From Podarcis tiliguerta (Eukaryota): 64,000 nucleotides of DNA. The first letter of the stretch is position 1. Every line of letters starts with the position of its first letter. This document shows positions 11,463 through 24,848 of this stretch, in pieces. The DNA lies in assembly GCA_965153285.1 (NCBI GenBank), contig OZ229129.1; one strand, given 5' to 3'. Position numbers and translations under genes: made by a program. Below the pieces are notes generated by a model that saw nothing but the letters and a program-made list of their open reading frames with translations, was not told where the DNA came from and searched no databases.

Positions 11463-11721
11463 CCGTATTTTTCGCTCTATAAGACGCACCAGACCACAAG
11501 ACGCACCTAGTTTTTGGAGGAGGAAAAGAAGAAGAAAAATATTCTGAATCTCAGAAGTCAGAACAGCAAGAGGGATTGCTTCACAATGAAAGCAGCAATC
11601 CCTCTTGCTGTTCTGGCTTCTGGGATAGCTGCGCAGCCTGCATTCGCTCCATAAGACGCACACACATTTCCCCTTACTTTTTAGGAGGGAAAAACTGAGT
11701 CTTATAGAGCAAAAAATATGG
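11463..11721. mobile_element. Tc1/mariner superfamily (Tc2/pogo-like) MITE with internal hairpin
   Basis: 23-bp TIR ccgtatttttcgctctataagac / gtcttatagagcaaaaaatatgg, TA flanks. Confidence 0.88.
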
Positions 11722-11734
11722 TAAATCTCAGTAA

Positions 11735-11935
11735 AAAGAGCCCTGCTGGATCAGGCCAATGGTCCATCTAGTCTAGCATCCTATTCTCACAGTGGCCAAC
11801 CAGAGAGATGCTTGTGAGAAACCCACAAGCTGGAGCCAAGTACATGAGCACCAGTTTCCAGCAACAGGTATATTCAGAAGCATTACTGATTTTGACTGTG
11901 GAGGCAGAACATAGCAATCATGGCTAATAGCCACT
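11735..11935 (-). mobile_element. CR1-type LINE 3' UTR fragment (older subfamily)
   Basis: aagagccctgctggatcaggccaatggtccatctagtctagcatcct... Related copies at ~22215-22660, 30960-31080, 43362-43530 (+) and 61572-61745. Confidence 0.6.
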
Positions 11936-12626
11936 GATTGCAATGCAGCTTGTTCCTGAGTGAGTTCATTTTGACTGGAACAAATAAAGTACTGTGGCTT
12001 ATTTCTCCTACTGCGTTATTTTTGTTTTCAAACTAAATGGCATTCTGTATTCAAGTCAGTAATTGCTGAAGAGCAATTTGAACCTGTGTTAAAGGCATGT
12101 GAGTCATCTTGTGAGGCTGCTCTGTTTTGGTTTTTCCTCATTTGGCAATTCTTAGATGTGACACTAGCCCTAATTCAGCACTTGTAGCTTCATGGTGATA
12201 CAAATGTGTAACAGAGAAAGATGGCAAAGCTCCTGTTTTCCTTTCCTGTTATATTTTTCATCACCATGTGATGAAAAATCTGTTGAAAGTGATAGCTAGA
12301 TAGATGAATAGATGTGCTTCTGAGTCATTGATCCATGCACCAGAGGAGTAGCCAGCATTGTGCCTCCACATTTTTTTTAGACTCCAACTCCCATCAACCC
12401 CTACCAGCATTGCCAGTGGTCAGGGATGATGGGAGCTGTAGTCCAACAAATATGAAGTAGGCCACTATTGTTTCCTTGGATTGGCACTGGATCTCCAAGA
12501 TTACTGTTAGGTGCAGTCATTTTCATTCAGGCTGAGAAAGCTCAGGCCCAGAGGCCAAATGTGACCCTCCATGCCTTTCCTTGAATTTGCTATAGACCAC
12601 ACTGCTCTGCTCCTCAAGCATTATTA

Positions 12627-12823
12627 CAGTGGTACCTCTGGTTACGAACTTAATTCGTTCCGGAGATCCATTCTTAACCTGAAACCATTCTTAACCTGAG
12701 GTACCACTTTAGCTGGCACATGATTTCTGTTCTCATCCTGAGGTAAAGTTCTTAACCCGAGGTGATACTACCGGGTTAGTGGAGTATGTAACCCGAGGTG
12801 TTTGTAACCTGAGGGTACCATTG
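12627..12823 (+). mobile_element. Tc1/mariner MITE, family A (internally deleted), nested in an older hAT-like element (~12528-13025)
   Basis: TA-cagtggtacctc...gtaccattg-TA; body matches 3343-3568. Confidence 0.85.
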
Positions 12824-13455
12824 TATTATCTGTGCTAGCTTGGAATGTTTCCTTGAATTCTGATAAGTCTATTTCGCTTGCATGGATGGAGTGTGCAAGT
12901 GTGTATGTGGAAAAACTCCTATTGGACAAAGATAAAATTTACATTTGGTGCTCCACCTGCTTTTGGCATGTGGCCCACAGAAAGCGAATGTGGCCCTTGG
13001 GCTAAGAAAAATTCCCCACTCCTGTTTTAACTGGAGATAGTGAGCGTTAATCATGGGACAGTATGTGTACAAAGCAGGAAGCTTGTCCTTATTGTGTGTT
13101 TTTTCTTTCCCTGGGCCTCATAGCGGTACCTTCTTCCCCTAGTCCTTGTGGTTTGCTATAATGGACCAGACCAGGTCTAAAGCAGCTTCTGGTTGGGTCA
13201 GTTTAATACCTAAAGGAGAAAATATGAATATTTTCTCCTTTGCAGAATCGTGGGGCATAGCTGAGTTAAAGAGGGAGCTTAGCTTTTCTGTATCACATGC
13301 ACACCCTTGAACATGCTTATTTTTTTGAAAAGAAGTAGATACTGTTAAAAATGGCTACAAAAAGACAAATCCTTGCATGGATGGGAAAAGAGGTTGTATC
13401 TCAATGGCAGAACATAGTTGCATACAAAATGCCTCGGGCTCAGTTGCTGGAATTA

Positions 13456-13587
13456 GAGAAAGGCCATAGCTCAAGAATTATCTGCTTTGTATGCAGAATG
13501 TCCAGCATCTTCAGGCAGGGCTGGGTGAGACTCCTGTCTGAAACCCAGGAGACTTGCTGCTAGTCTCTGTTAGCAGTACAGAGTTAC
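13456..13587 (+). mobile_element. tRNA(Ala)-derived SINE (Squam3-like), degenerate
   Basis: aggccatagctca...tctgctttgtatgcaga...gggctgggtgagactcctgtctgaaaccc. Related copies at ~15533-15672, 18110-18445, 22078-22222, 59830-59950 (-) and 60640-60805 (+). Confidence 0.65.
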
Positions 13588-16500
13588 AATGAACTGGCCC
13601 AAAACATTTCGCTACCTGAGGTGGAGGATAATATGGTTTCCAACCACCACACCCATTATTTGTACAAAGCTAAGTAGAGCAGCCGTTGAATCTTGCTATG
13701 ATAGGGCAGTGTCCTCTAGTCTACTGAATCTCGGAGCAGCTGGCTAGCTCTAGTGACAACAAGGCATGGCATGTGGCATACACAACCCTTCCCTCTCATA
13801 CCTCATTGCCACCTCTCAGCATCTGCAGCATGAGCAATCTGCTTCGCTATGGTAGGGCCTGGACCAATGCCTGATTTGTTGGTGCGGCGTAAGTGAAACG
13901 GAGATCAAAGCATCCATTTGTGGCTCTGGGTATAGAGCAAGTATGGAATGATTTGTTATTTTCATGCTCGGACTATACCAGAGCTGCATCATGTGTGATA
14001 AGCTTCATTCACAAATGCCAGTTTCGCATAGGAAGGCTGCATGAGTGCAGGCATCATATCTATGCATGTATGTTGCATGAGTATGTTGTGAGCATACCTG
14101 TGATCCACCTTTGAGCTGTGTGCACCCCAGGGTATGCATAGCCTGGAAGCAGATTTTGCATCTTACTGAAGCTAATCTGGGTCTGGGTCTGAACCTGCTT
14201 GGAGCCTTTATAGACCAAAACCACTCTCCTCCAGACCTTTCTGTCTAGCCTACAGAACTTTCCTAGGCTTCCATCGCTGGCTTTGCTTCACATTGAATGT
14301 TTCTTCCTGGCTAGAATGTGTTCCTGAACTCTGAGAATGCCTCTTGCTTGCAAGTAGAAAAACTAACCTTTTTGCATTCACTGGCCCACCCACTTTTGAC
14401 TCTGCCTCCACTCATCACTGCCCCACCTTTGTCCTGAGAAAGGTTCCCTACCTGCGGGGAAGAAAACATAATGTGAATGACTGCAATAAATGGAGTAGAT
14501 AGATATTTAAATTGTTCTTGGACTCATCTATTAGAGTTCAAGCCATCTACAGTAGGTGCCAGTGGTACTAAAATAGGTTTGCTCAAAGGCATTTGTGTAT
14601 ATTGGAACCCTGCTATTAGATTAGGCAAATGCTGATAACTTCTGAACTGTTAGTTGCAGCTTCCTGATTTAAAACCCTTGTATTTTATAATTATTATTTG
14701 CTTAGACAAATTGAACAGTACCAAATTTTAAGCATTTGGCAGGAGATCATTATAAGATGGAGGAAGGAGCAGGATTAAGGAGTTCATTGTCCTTAGCTAA
14801 AAGCAAATAGGCACTGAGCTGTATGCAAGTTGGTTACAGGGAAAGAGACATTTTGTTGATAACTTCAACAAAACTTAACAATAGTTTTTTGTGTTTTTTT
14901 GCAGGGGAGGGGAGCATGTGTGTGAGGGTTTTCTTGGCTAGAGAAAAAGAGGTGCAGTACAATCAGGTCTCGTGCAGGGGTTATGTTCCACCTCTGTGCT
15001 ACTGTCCTTACCTTATGGAGCTGGCACAACATGCTGTCCTTACCCCACCCTAAGCAAGGCAGAAAGGTGTCAATAGTGCGTGAGAGCATCCCAGAGCCAA
15101 GTAAGCAAGACAGAAAGCTTGAAAGCTCTTCCCGCACTAGGGGAAAAAAAACCCTGTGCAAAAGGAGCTTTTAAGCTCTCTGCCTTGTGTGCAATTAATT
15201 CTCACAGGCCTTTTAATGAAATGTGATCCTTTTCCCATGGAATATTTTGGATGAGAACTGGTGGCCCTCCAGATGTTGCTGGGCTCCCAACACCCACCAA
15301 CCCCAGCCAACACAAATGAAGTTGTGGTCCAGGAACATCTGGAGGGGCTATAAGATATCTCTCTGTTTTAGGCTGTGGTTATGTGTTGTTGGTATGACTT
15401 TAATTGGGATGGGAATAGGTGATAATTCAGGTTCTGTGACCCTAAGCTATATTAGTGTTACCTACATGATTCATGGAAACATGATATATAAATATTATTT
15501 TAGAAGGAAGGAGATGGGGTTGTTTGTACGTAGAAAGAAGCTTTGTACACAGACCATTGGTCCATTCAGCTCAGTACTGTCTACACTAACTGGAAGTGGT
15601 TCTCCAGGGTTTCAGACAGGGTACAATCCCAGCCCTTAAGATACTACCAGGGATTGAACCTGAGACCTTCTCAGCTGCTCTGTCATTGACCAATGCCACA
15701 CTTTGGATAATTTCCACCTGGTTGTAGAGAGTAATCCAAATAGGAGCAGCATTAAAAAACAACAACTTATCAGTGATGTATGATAAAACCCAAATAACTA
15801 TTTTAAAAAGATAAAAATTAAGATAATATGAATTGAGTATGTGACAATAAAACTGCCAGTATTGGAGTTCTATACTTATGTATCAGGAGTTGCTATTTAT
15901 TTATTTGCTTAATGTTTTGAAAATTAAGCAGTGATGTCTGAGCTGGGTTTCTTCCACCATTAACCTGTATTTTTTAGGGCAGCCTGGCTCCCTTCATGGT
16001 CGCCTTACCAAACTGGGTTCCCTCCAGATGTTGTTGGACTACAACTCCCCTCGTCCCATAGCATTTGCCCTGTTGTTTGTTGCTGATGGGAGTTGTAGTC
16101 CAATAACTTCTGGAGGGCACCTGGTTGGGGAAGGCTGCTCTAGGAATGCAAGCACACTTCGGGTTTTGTCATGCTTCTAGATCCTTTTGTAGTTGTTTGA
16201 CTTCCATTGTGAAATGAACTTTGTCATCTCCCTCCTGACCTCAAAAATGGAAGATCTGGGAACTGGAGTGCCACGTGATCACTTCTTTTGTCAAATGGCA
16301 TAAGAGGCTGACAGCATGCTATGAAGCTTCAGACCGGAATTTTAGATAATGTTCTGCACCATATGAGATCAATAGACTGCCTTTGAAAGAACAGGTGTGG
16401 CACCTACGGAAGTGGTGCTAGAACTGCAAAATTCTATTTCCAAGATCAGAACCAACAATTAAAGAAAGGTTCACAAATTTAAGAAGTCGTAGAAACTAAA

Positions 16501-18448
16501 ACATTTATTCCTAGGTTCTCTAGTTTTTTCCCTTTTGGTTAATCATTTAGCAATTAAGCATTTAATTCTCAATTATAATTGCAATTAAAAAACAAAACAA
16601 CCCAAAGTATGCTTCCGTATGTGCACCACTACCACATCACTCAAAGGCAAAATTTCAAAGTAAAAGATCCAGTTGATGGGCTAGGAATTGCATGGTTGTC
16701 AAGTATATACTGTAATTATTCCTTCTCAGCCTTTTACTTGCTACTTTAACAAACTGGTGGCGCTATATATACCAAAGTTCCTATCCTTATGACTTCATAA
16801 AACTAAGGAAACATAAAGCCAGTATTCCCTGAATCAGAAGCAAAATAAAAATACCTACCAAATGAATTATGCTTTGAAGTGTAGGGCCAAACGATGTGTG
16901 AAATTAAACACATGGTTTGAAACAGATGAAACACCTGTTTCTGCTTTGGGTGGTGTTGGGAGTCCAAGCATTGCCAGCCCAAGACATTTTGCTGCCTGAG
17001 GTGAAGTAGAAAATACTTCCCACCCCTGCTGTGCAACTCTCTATAGGCTACAGGCAGGGGCTGGGTGAGCCATGACCATGGTGGCAGCTTCTTCCTCCTC
17101 TGAGCCTGGATGTGCTGCTCACATGCTCACTCTCCTGCTGACCATCTGACAGGTGCAAGGGAGGAAAATACCACTGTACTATGCAGGTGCAAGTGTTGAG
17201 TGCAAGTGCCACACTTGTAGGCAGCTTCTGGCAAGCACCTTGAGGCACAGCAAAAAGTGTGGGGCAGAAGTCTCTTGCATCCCGGGATGAAAGGGCAGAT
17301 TTTCATCAGGACTGTGAGTTAACTTGTGGTGAAGTCAAGAGCTGACTCTGGTTTTCACAGTGCTTTAGAGCAAATAGGCACTGAATTATCAAGTCAGCCA
17401 CATTTTCTCCTTGCCCTGCTAGACTAATGAAAGAGTGCTGATTGTTGTTCAGCCATTCCATGCAGATTAAGCATGCCTGAACCCACAGATTTTATTTGGC
17501 CTAATTAGGTATGCCTATCTTGGGCCAGACTGTTTCATCTGAGAGGTGGATATTGTAATGTCCCTCTAGATAAAGTCTGAGGCATCTACTTTGGAGGCTT
17601 CATTCAAAGTATTTTGGGAGGATGAAAGGGATATAAGTTTAATGAATGAATAAATATTTCAGAAGACCAAATGTTTTAAACTATAATGTGAAAGCATTTG
17701 GAAAAGTATGGAAAAGTTGGAAAAGTATGTGTGTTATAAAATGGTCAGGGTCACCTACATTTTATGATGTCAAGAGCTTTCACAGGTAATGGTTTATGGA
17801 GTACGCTATTCCCTGTGGATAAGTGATCCAATTAAAGCATTTTCACAGACTAGAATGAAACTGGAATGCTTTACTGACTTGTAAATGTTGATTGAGATAG
17901 AAGGGAAATGACTATTTTTAACATAGAAGTACATTCCAGTTGAGGCATATTATATATCCTACTCACTCCAAGCCCTGTCTAATATTATTAATCATGTTCT
18001 TTTATTTGTATGCCACCCTTCATCCGAAGATCACAGGGCAGTTCACAACATAAAAATACAGGAACCGGATGGATAAGATGCCACAGTGCAAAATGTTTTT
18101 CTTTTGCTGCTATGGCTGGTAGTGGTTCTGTAGGGTTTTCCAAAAGGGGCTCTGCAACATTAGCCTTACTCAGAGAGGCCTGGGATTGAAGCTGGGAACT
18201 TCTGCACTGCAAAACATGTGCCCTACCACTGAGCTATGGTCTTTCCCCATAAGTTACTCCTACACAGGAAGCTGCCTTGTCGGGAAGTCAGACTGCTGAT
18301 CCAGCTAACTCAGTATTGTGTACAGTGAGTGGCAGTGGCTCTCCAGGGTTTCAGAAACAGACTTATTTTCCCAGCCCTCTCTGGAGATGCCAGGGATTGA
18401 GCCTGGGGCATTCTGCGTCCAAATCAGATCTTGTGGCCGTTCCCCATA

Positions 18449-18648
18449 CAGTCATGCCTCAGGTTACAGACACTTCGGGTTGCGCACCGCGCCGATCCCA
18501 GAAGTACCAGAATGGGTTACTTTGGGTTTTGGTGCTTGCGCATGCGCAGAAGCGCAACTTGCGCAGACGCGACGCTGCAGGTTGTGGATGCTGCGGGTTG
18601 CGAACGTGCTTCCCACACAGATCACATTCGCAACCCGAGCATCCACTG
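18449..18648 (+). mobile_element. Tc1/mariner MITE, family B
   Basis: TA-cagtcatgcctcaggtt...caacccgagcatccactg-TA, CpG-rich body; second copy at 31472-31693. Confidence 0.8.
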
Positions 18649-20073
18649 TATTGGCAAGTGTGGTGTGGAGGAGAGTGGCCATTAATGGAAGGCACCTCCT
18701 CCCCAAAGCATGAAACCACCACTGCCTGGCTGCAAACCACATGCTTCATAGAAATAGCCCCATTCATTGGTTTCTGTGGAGCTACCCCAGAGTGTTTCAT
18801 ATCTCTCTCTTTCTCCGCTCAACTGATCCTTCCCCCACCCAAAGAAATAGAATTTCAGCATCTTTTTGGTGAAAATTATTTGCTGATAAGGAAAGATCTC
18901 AATGGCCGTGTTTGCTATGGTAGCTTTCCATTCAAACTGCCAAGAACAATCCGGCCTGAGTTGTAACCATTGTCCAACTTGTGTCTCAAACTTTCCTGGT
19001 CACTAGTCACAGGATAATGCATGTGTGTTTTTTTCCAGTAAAAGGTTGGGGTATTTGGAAAAAATGACACAATTTATCTCTCCCTCTCCCCTCCCTAACT
19101 AGAGAACTGTTTAAACTTGAATTCAAGATAGCTGTGAGCCCTTGATGTTTGTTTTTTGATAAAGCAAGTGATTGCGATTGTGAAATGAGACCTGGTCCTA
19201 CGATTGTGCTTATTACCTTTGCTCAAACTGAAGACTGTTCACAAGGATACTGGCTGGTGGATTTCCCTTTTTGTCTGATTGTGATTTTATACCTAAATAT
19301 AAATTGATGGAGTTATTGGCTCAATTTCAAGCTGGCTGTTGATGTGACTTCTATCTGTGTAGGTCCAATGGGGTTTAGGTGGAATAAAGCTTGCAGATAG
19401 TTAATGTGAACATTTTTTTCATTTTTTCTTTGTTTGGAACCATAATTGTACAGAAGAATGCAATAATTGATGAACAGGAGCTAAATGCACAAGTACTGTA
19501 ATCTGTTTAGCACATGGATAATACAATAGCCTCCCTGAGTCTAAAGATACAATTAGACAATTCTTGCTTGAAGACTTTTTAGCTAGCCAGTCCAGATTAC
19601 ATTCCTGTAATCTGCCATGGTGCTGGAAGTTGCTTCTTGGCAAACCACATTAGTCCCCCAGGATATCAGGCAATTGTAATAAACACCACATCATACAAAA
19701 AACAATTCCTCAGCCTCTTCCTACTTAACCACACATTTCAATTTATCTTAAACAAGTTGGTAAGAGCCCAGAAATATTATTTAGCTCCCTTGCAGAGCAA
19801 GCTTCAGCTCCTCCTTTCTAGCTCTTCACTGGGTCACTCCTCTCCACTGGGGGTCACATTGGCCCAGCTATCTCCCCACCCCCAGCCTCTCTTAAGTGGA
19901 AATTGCTTGACAAAAACGTATTTCATTTGAAATAGTGTTAGGAAACCTGCTTCCCCCCCATGCCAGTTGGGACTGATGGGAGTTGGAGTCCAATAGCACA
20001 TACCTGTATACAGAGGTGGTTCCCCTTTCCTAACGTAGGCAGAAGGGCTATGTTTCTCTGTGGACATACTGTA

Positions 20074-20331
20074 CAGTGGTACCTCAGGTTACATACGCTT
20101 CAAGTTACATACACTTCAGGTTACATACGCTTCAGGTTACAGACTCTGCTAACCCAGAAATAGTACCTCGGGTTAAGAACTTTGCTTCAGGATGAGAACA
20201 GAAATTGTGCGGCGGCGGTGTGGCGGCAGCAGGAGGCCCCATTAGCTAAAGCGGTACCTCTGGTTAAGAACAGTTTCAGGTTAAGAACGGACCTCCAGAA
20301 CGAATTAAGTTCTTAACCTGAGGTACCACTG
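20074..20331 (-). mobile_element. Tc1/mariner MITE, family A
   Basis: TA-cagtggtacctcaggtta...taacctgaggtaccactg-TA, with extra copies of the 16-nt ggttacatacgcttca subrepeat. Confidence 0.9.
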
Positions 20332-21611
20332 TACTTCACAGCCTTAGTGTCAGTGCTGTTCATGGCTTTTTCTTTACTTTTCTCTCTTCTTGCATATTCT
20401 GAGACTTCCCAATCTATGACTTCTGCTCCTCTAGCTTTGCTACTGTCTATCAGGAGAAAGGACAGTAGAGATACCCCACTCCAGAGGAGCACACATTAGT
20501 TCAAAAGTAATCTGACAAGCCCTCTATCAGGGATGCAACTTCCTGAAATTTAAGTAGAAGTGACTCTGCGTTTTTGCATTTGACCTTAGGACACAAGGGA
20601 ATAATGGAGGAATCAAAGCAAGGATCAGGATAAGGGTTGGAGCAGCTCTTGGAGTGTGGGGGTGAGCTTCTGTCCATACAGAGTCTGCTGTGTTGCTAAA
20701 GGAAAATATCAGTGGTATCAATCCAGTGATATCAGGGGCTTCATTGCCTCCTTGGAAGCCACAGAAAGTGTGTGTGATTTAAGCAGGGAGAGTCACAGTT
20801 GACAGACACCCATAGCAAGTTTGCAAAGGCAAGCAGCTGAAGTTTGATTGCCTTATGTGGACTTTCCTCTTACTGAGTTCAGCATTAAATCTGTTGGGTC
20901 CGGTTTTAACTCTTGAAAACATCCCTAAGGTCAAGCAGGCCAGGAAGAGGTCGGCATGGAATTAAATATATTTGCCCTGGCATTAAGGAAGAGTCGTTTG
21001 CCCAAAGTCCAGAGGTGACTGGCAAATAGTTGCTGAGGATTAATGAGTAGATGGTGTGATGGATGGGTTTTGGAGATTGCATCAGTGCGAATATATCTTG
21101 AGCATCTCCTGGAGAGTTTCAGCTTATCCTCTTCATTGTTTTCCTTCTTTTTATTACTCTGGCAAAACAAACAGGGGGATCTTTATCTTTTGAAAAGGAA
21201 ATCCAGGCTCTGGCAAGATCGACTTCAAACAAGCAGTCATCTTGGCTTCTTGATGTGCAAGCCACATGGAAGCTCTTCATGGCAGATTTGCTGGTTTTGC
21301 TGTGTCACTTCTGTGCAGAGGGAAGGACAAGTTGTAGTGGTGCTGACACAGAAATTGTGGGTTCTCAAGCTATGTTGTATCAGGTCCAGTCCTACCATTA
21401 GACAGAGTGAATAATTGCTTTAGGGAGCAGATGTTTGCAGGGCGGGCACCATCAGAATGAATCTCACCACTGGTGGTCCATGGACCACAGTATGGGAACC
21501 CCTGGCATAGAACATAAGGGATATCTTTATTTAATCACGGCTACGTCACAGCTACAACCATGCTGTATTCCTGATGTAAAACTCTCAATGTCTTATTTTC
21601 TCTGGCAATAC

Positions 21612-21747
21612 CAGGCTTCCTCAACCTCGGCCCTCCAGATGTTTTTGGCCTACAACTCCCATGATCCTGAGCTAGCAGGACCAGTGGTCAGGGATGATGG
21701 GAACTGTAGTCTCAAAACATCTGGAGGGCCGAGGTTGAGGAAGCCTG
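21612..21747. mobile_element. Palindromic hAT MITE (ACTACAACTCCC family), young copy
   Basis: Long perfect TIR caggcttcctcaacctcggccctccagatgtttt, TSD ggcaatac/ggcagtac. Older copies at ~127, 12345, 15255, 16005, 30190, 33265, 33976, 34905, 45105 and 49745. Confidence 0.9.
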
Positions 21748-22348
21748 GGCAGTACTATGCGGAGATGAGAATTATTATTTTTTTTGCTTATGAACAGCAT
21801 CACGAACGGCTAATGCATGGACTAATGCTTCTCTGGTTTCTAGTGCCCCATCTAGATCACTCTCTGCAGGCCACAAATTGCAGGAAGCAGTTTAATCTTG
21901 TAGGTTAAATGTAGGCCAGGCAATTAGCCTGGAATTCTGCCTGCTTTTATTTTCAGCTGATGTTTATAAATTCTTGCTCTCCCATATGGCAACACAACCT
22001 CTCTGGCTTGGCTGCGGTGCTTAGTCAGATAAGTAGTTTTTGAATTAATTGCCTAGAGGCATTTGCGTTGACTAGGATACGAAGCTGCCTTATACCAAGT
22101 CAGAGCATTGGGCTATCTAGCCCTATATTGTCTGAACTTACTGGCAGCAGCTCTCTGGGATTTCAGGCAGGGTTGCTTCCTCAGCCCTACCTGGTGATAC
22201 TGGGGATTGAACCTGGAGCCTGCTGAGTTAGGCTAATGGCCTATCTAGTACAGCATCCTGTTCTCACACTGGCCAACCCATGGGGAGACTGCAAGCAGGG
22301 CCTGAGTGCAACAGCACTTTCTCCAGCTGTGATTCCTCACAACTAATT

Positions 22349-22590
22349 CAGTGGTATCTCGGGTTAAGAACTTAATTCTTTCTGGAGGTCCGTTCTTAAC
22401 CTGAAACTGTTCTTAACCAGAGGTACCACTTTAGCTAATGGGGCCTCCTGCTGCCGCCACACCGCCGCCGCACGATTTCTGTTCTCATCCTGAAGCAAAG
22501 TTCTTAACCCGAGGTACTATTTCTGGGTTAGCAGAGTCTGTAACCTGAAGCGTCTGTAACCTGAAGCGTCTGTAACCCGAGGTACCACTG
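22349..22590 (+). mobile_element. Tc1/mariner MITE, family A, inserted in a CR1 3' fragment
   Basis: cagtggtatctcgggtta...taacccgaggtaccactg-TA; the host sequence resumes after it. Confidence 0.9.
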
Positions 22591-22929
22591 TATTCAGAGG
22601 CATTACAGCCTCCAAAAGTGCAGATAGAACATAGCCATTAGGGCTAATAGCTGCTGATGTTCTAATATTGATCTTCATAGCAGACATTCTACCACTGAAT
22701 TGTGAGTTTTCCATCCTGCTTAATAGGATAACAGGGTTTTTTCTTTCTTTCTTTCTGGAAAGTTGGGGGGGGGGGGGAGAGATTTATCTTCAATCCACTT
22801 TATTTTCCCACCCAAAAATTTTGCAGATAGAATCTGTTATTTTATTAATTAAAATGCATACAATTAATAAACCAAGCTGTCTTTAATTGAGGACAGCTAT
22901 AATTTCTACTTGTTGGGGTTGGCATAGAG

Positions 22930-23109
22930 CAGGGGTGGCTAACTCCCAAGAGACTGCAATCTACTGAGAGTTAAAAACTGGCAGTGATCTACCCCCTTTT
23001 GGGGGGCTCAGGTCAAAGTTGTTGAGCTTCTTTGAGGTGAGCCAATGATCTACCACAGACGTCCAGTGATCTACTGGTATATCACGATCTACCTGTTAGA
23101 TGTGACCAG
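22930..23109. mobile_element. hAT (Charlie-like) MITE with gatctac subrepeats
   Basis: Starts caggggtggctaac; 8-bp TSD gcatagag/gcgtagag. Confidence 0.7.
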
Positions 23110-24014
23110 GCGTAGAGCAAATGTTATAATCTTGGGAGTTTTTAAGAGGCTCCTATTGGGATGCAGAGGTTTACAAAGGCTGATCTGGCTTGGTCCGGGT
23201 TGTGTGTGTGCATGCAACTCTGCTGCTTCGTTTACCAGAGGTGAGCACATCTAAGCAAACTGCCTGCCTAGCTTGTTCTCACCTGTGGAATCGTGATGTA
23301 TTCTTGGTGATTATACATTGCTGACTTGCACCACCAGAATTGATCTTTGGTAACTTGAGCAGAAGTAACAAAACAATAGTAAACAATAGTAAATCCCCAA
23401 AGTCTTCTCCAAAAGCAATAGAGGGTCAACATGGGCTTAATAATTTACCGATTTCCAAAGGTTTGCCATGTTACTGTATTGCAGCAAAACCAACGAAGAA
23501 TCTCTTGTGGCAGACAGGCACATTGATTGTATCATAAGCTTTTGTATAATGCAATCCATTTTATCAGATGCATGTGTGTTATCCTGAGTTACAGATACAC
23601 CCACATCCACCCACCCCACACAATTGGCAGAGGCAGGTTTTAAACAATGAAGTCAGAACGATATGTATTACCAAAAGCACAGGCAGTGATAATGTTTTAC
23701 TGGGGTCAGTTACCAGAAAATAGGGGCTCTGTCAGAGCATACAGTATTGACTCTAGATTGGTAAGCTTTCAGCATCTCTCAGAATTCAAAAGTGTGCTAT
23801 GCTGACGTGTGCTCTAGTAGGCAGAGAGATATACAGCAGCCCAGTTCATGCTGATCACCATTTGATTATTCCTCTTCCCATATATTGCTTGCCTTTATTT
23901 AAATATTTATGCATTGCACCTTCATAAAAACAAGGTTTTTATGTGCAGTGTTTTTAAAAAATACTATTGTGATGAAAACATAAATGTATACTGGTTGTGT
24001 TTATCGTTGTTGTA

Positions 24015-24238
24015 CAGTGGTACCTTTGGTTAAGAACTTAATTTGTTCCGGAGGTCCTTCTTAACCTGAAACTGTTCTTAACCTGAGGTACCACTTTAGC
24101 TAATGGGGCCTCCCATTGCCACTGCGCCGCCACGGCGCAATTTCTGTTCTCGTCCTGAGGTAAAGTCCTAACCCAAGGTACTACTTCCGGGTTAGCAGAG
24201 TCTGTAACCTGAAGCATTTGTAACCCAAGGTACCACTG
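24015..24238 (+). mobile_element. Tc1/mariner MITE, family A
   Basis: TA-cagtggtacctttggtta...taacccaaggtaccactg; body matches the other copies. Confidence 0.88.
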
Positions 24239-24534
24239 GACTTGGTTTCTTCTTCTTCTTATCTGTAATATTAAATCCATTAAAAATATATTTTAAAAAT
24301 TGGATACTGGTTGGTTAAAAAGAGAGAGAGAGAAAACCAATTCACATACCAAAGGCCTGTCTGAACAATACAGTTTTCAAAACATTTAAGAGAAGGCAGA
24401 GGTGACTCTTGCTGGCAGGAAATCACCTGACAGGGCAGGGCTAACCACACTAAAGTCTCTCTGGCAAAGGTCAATCGAATCTCAAGGGGGTGGGTGACCA
24501 CCAAAGGGGCCTCAGTGAATGGATCTCAGTGATT

Positions 24535-24776
24535 GAAGAAGAAGAAGAAGAGGAGTTTGGATTTGATATCCCGCCTTTCACTCCCTTTAAGGAGTCTCAA
24601 AGCGGCTAACATTCTCCTTTCCCTTCCTCCCCCACAACAAACACTCTGTGAGGTGAGTGGGGCTGAGAGACTGTGACTGGCCCAAGGTCACCCAGCAGCT
24701 GCATGTGGAGGAGCGGAGACGCGAACCCGGTTACCCAGATTACGTGACTACCGCTCTTAACCACTACACCACACTG
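24535..24776 (-). mobile_element. tRNA-derived SINE with (CTT)n tail (Squam2-like)
   Basis: On the - strand: cagtgtggtgtagtggttaagagcgg (A box)...ccgggttcgcgtctc (B box)...tccaaactcctcttcttcttc tail. Confidence 0.75.
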
Positions 24777-24848
24777 ATCCTGAGGAATCAGGAATCAGGC
24801 AGTCTTCAATGTACTATGGGACCCAGGTTATTTGAATTACTCAACATA

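Noticed and set aside
18277-18966. 229-aa ORF and overlapping ORFs
   Set aside because: Spans a SINE, a CpG-rich MITE and unique DNA; no domain and no splice logic.
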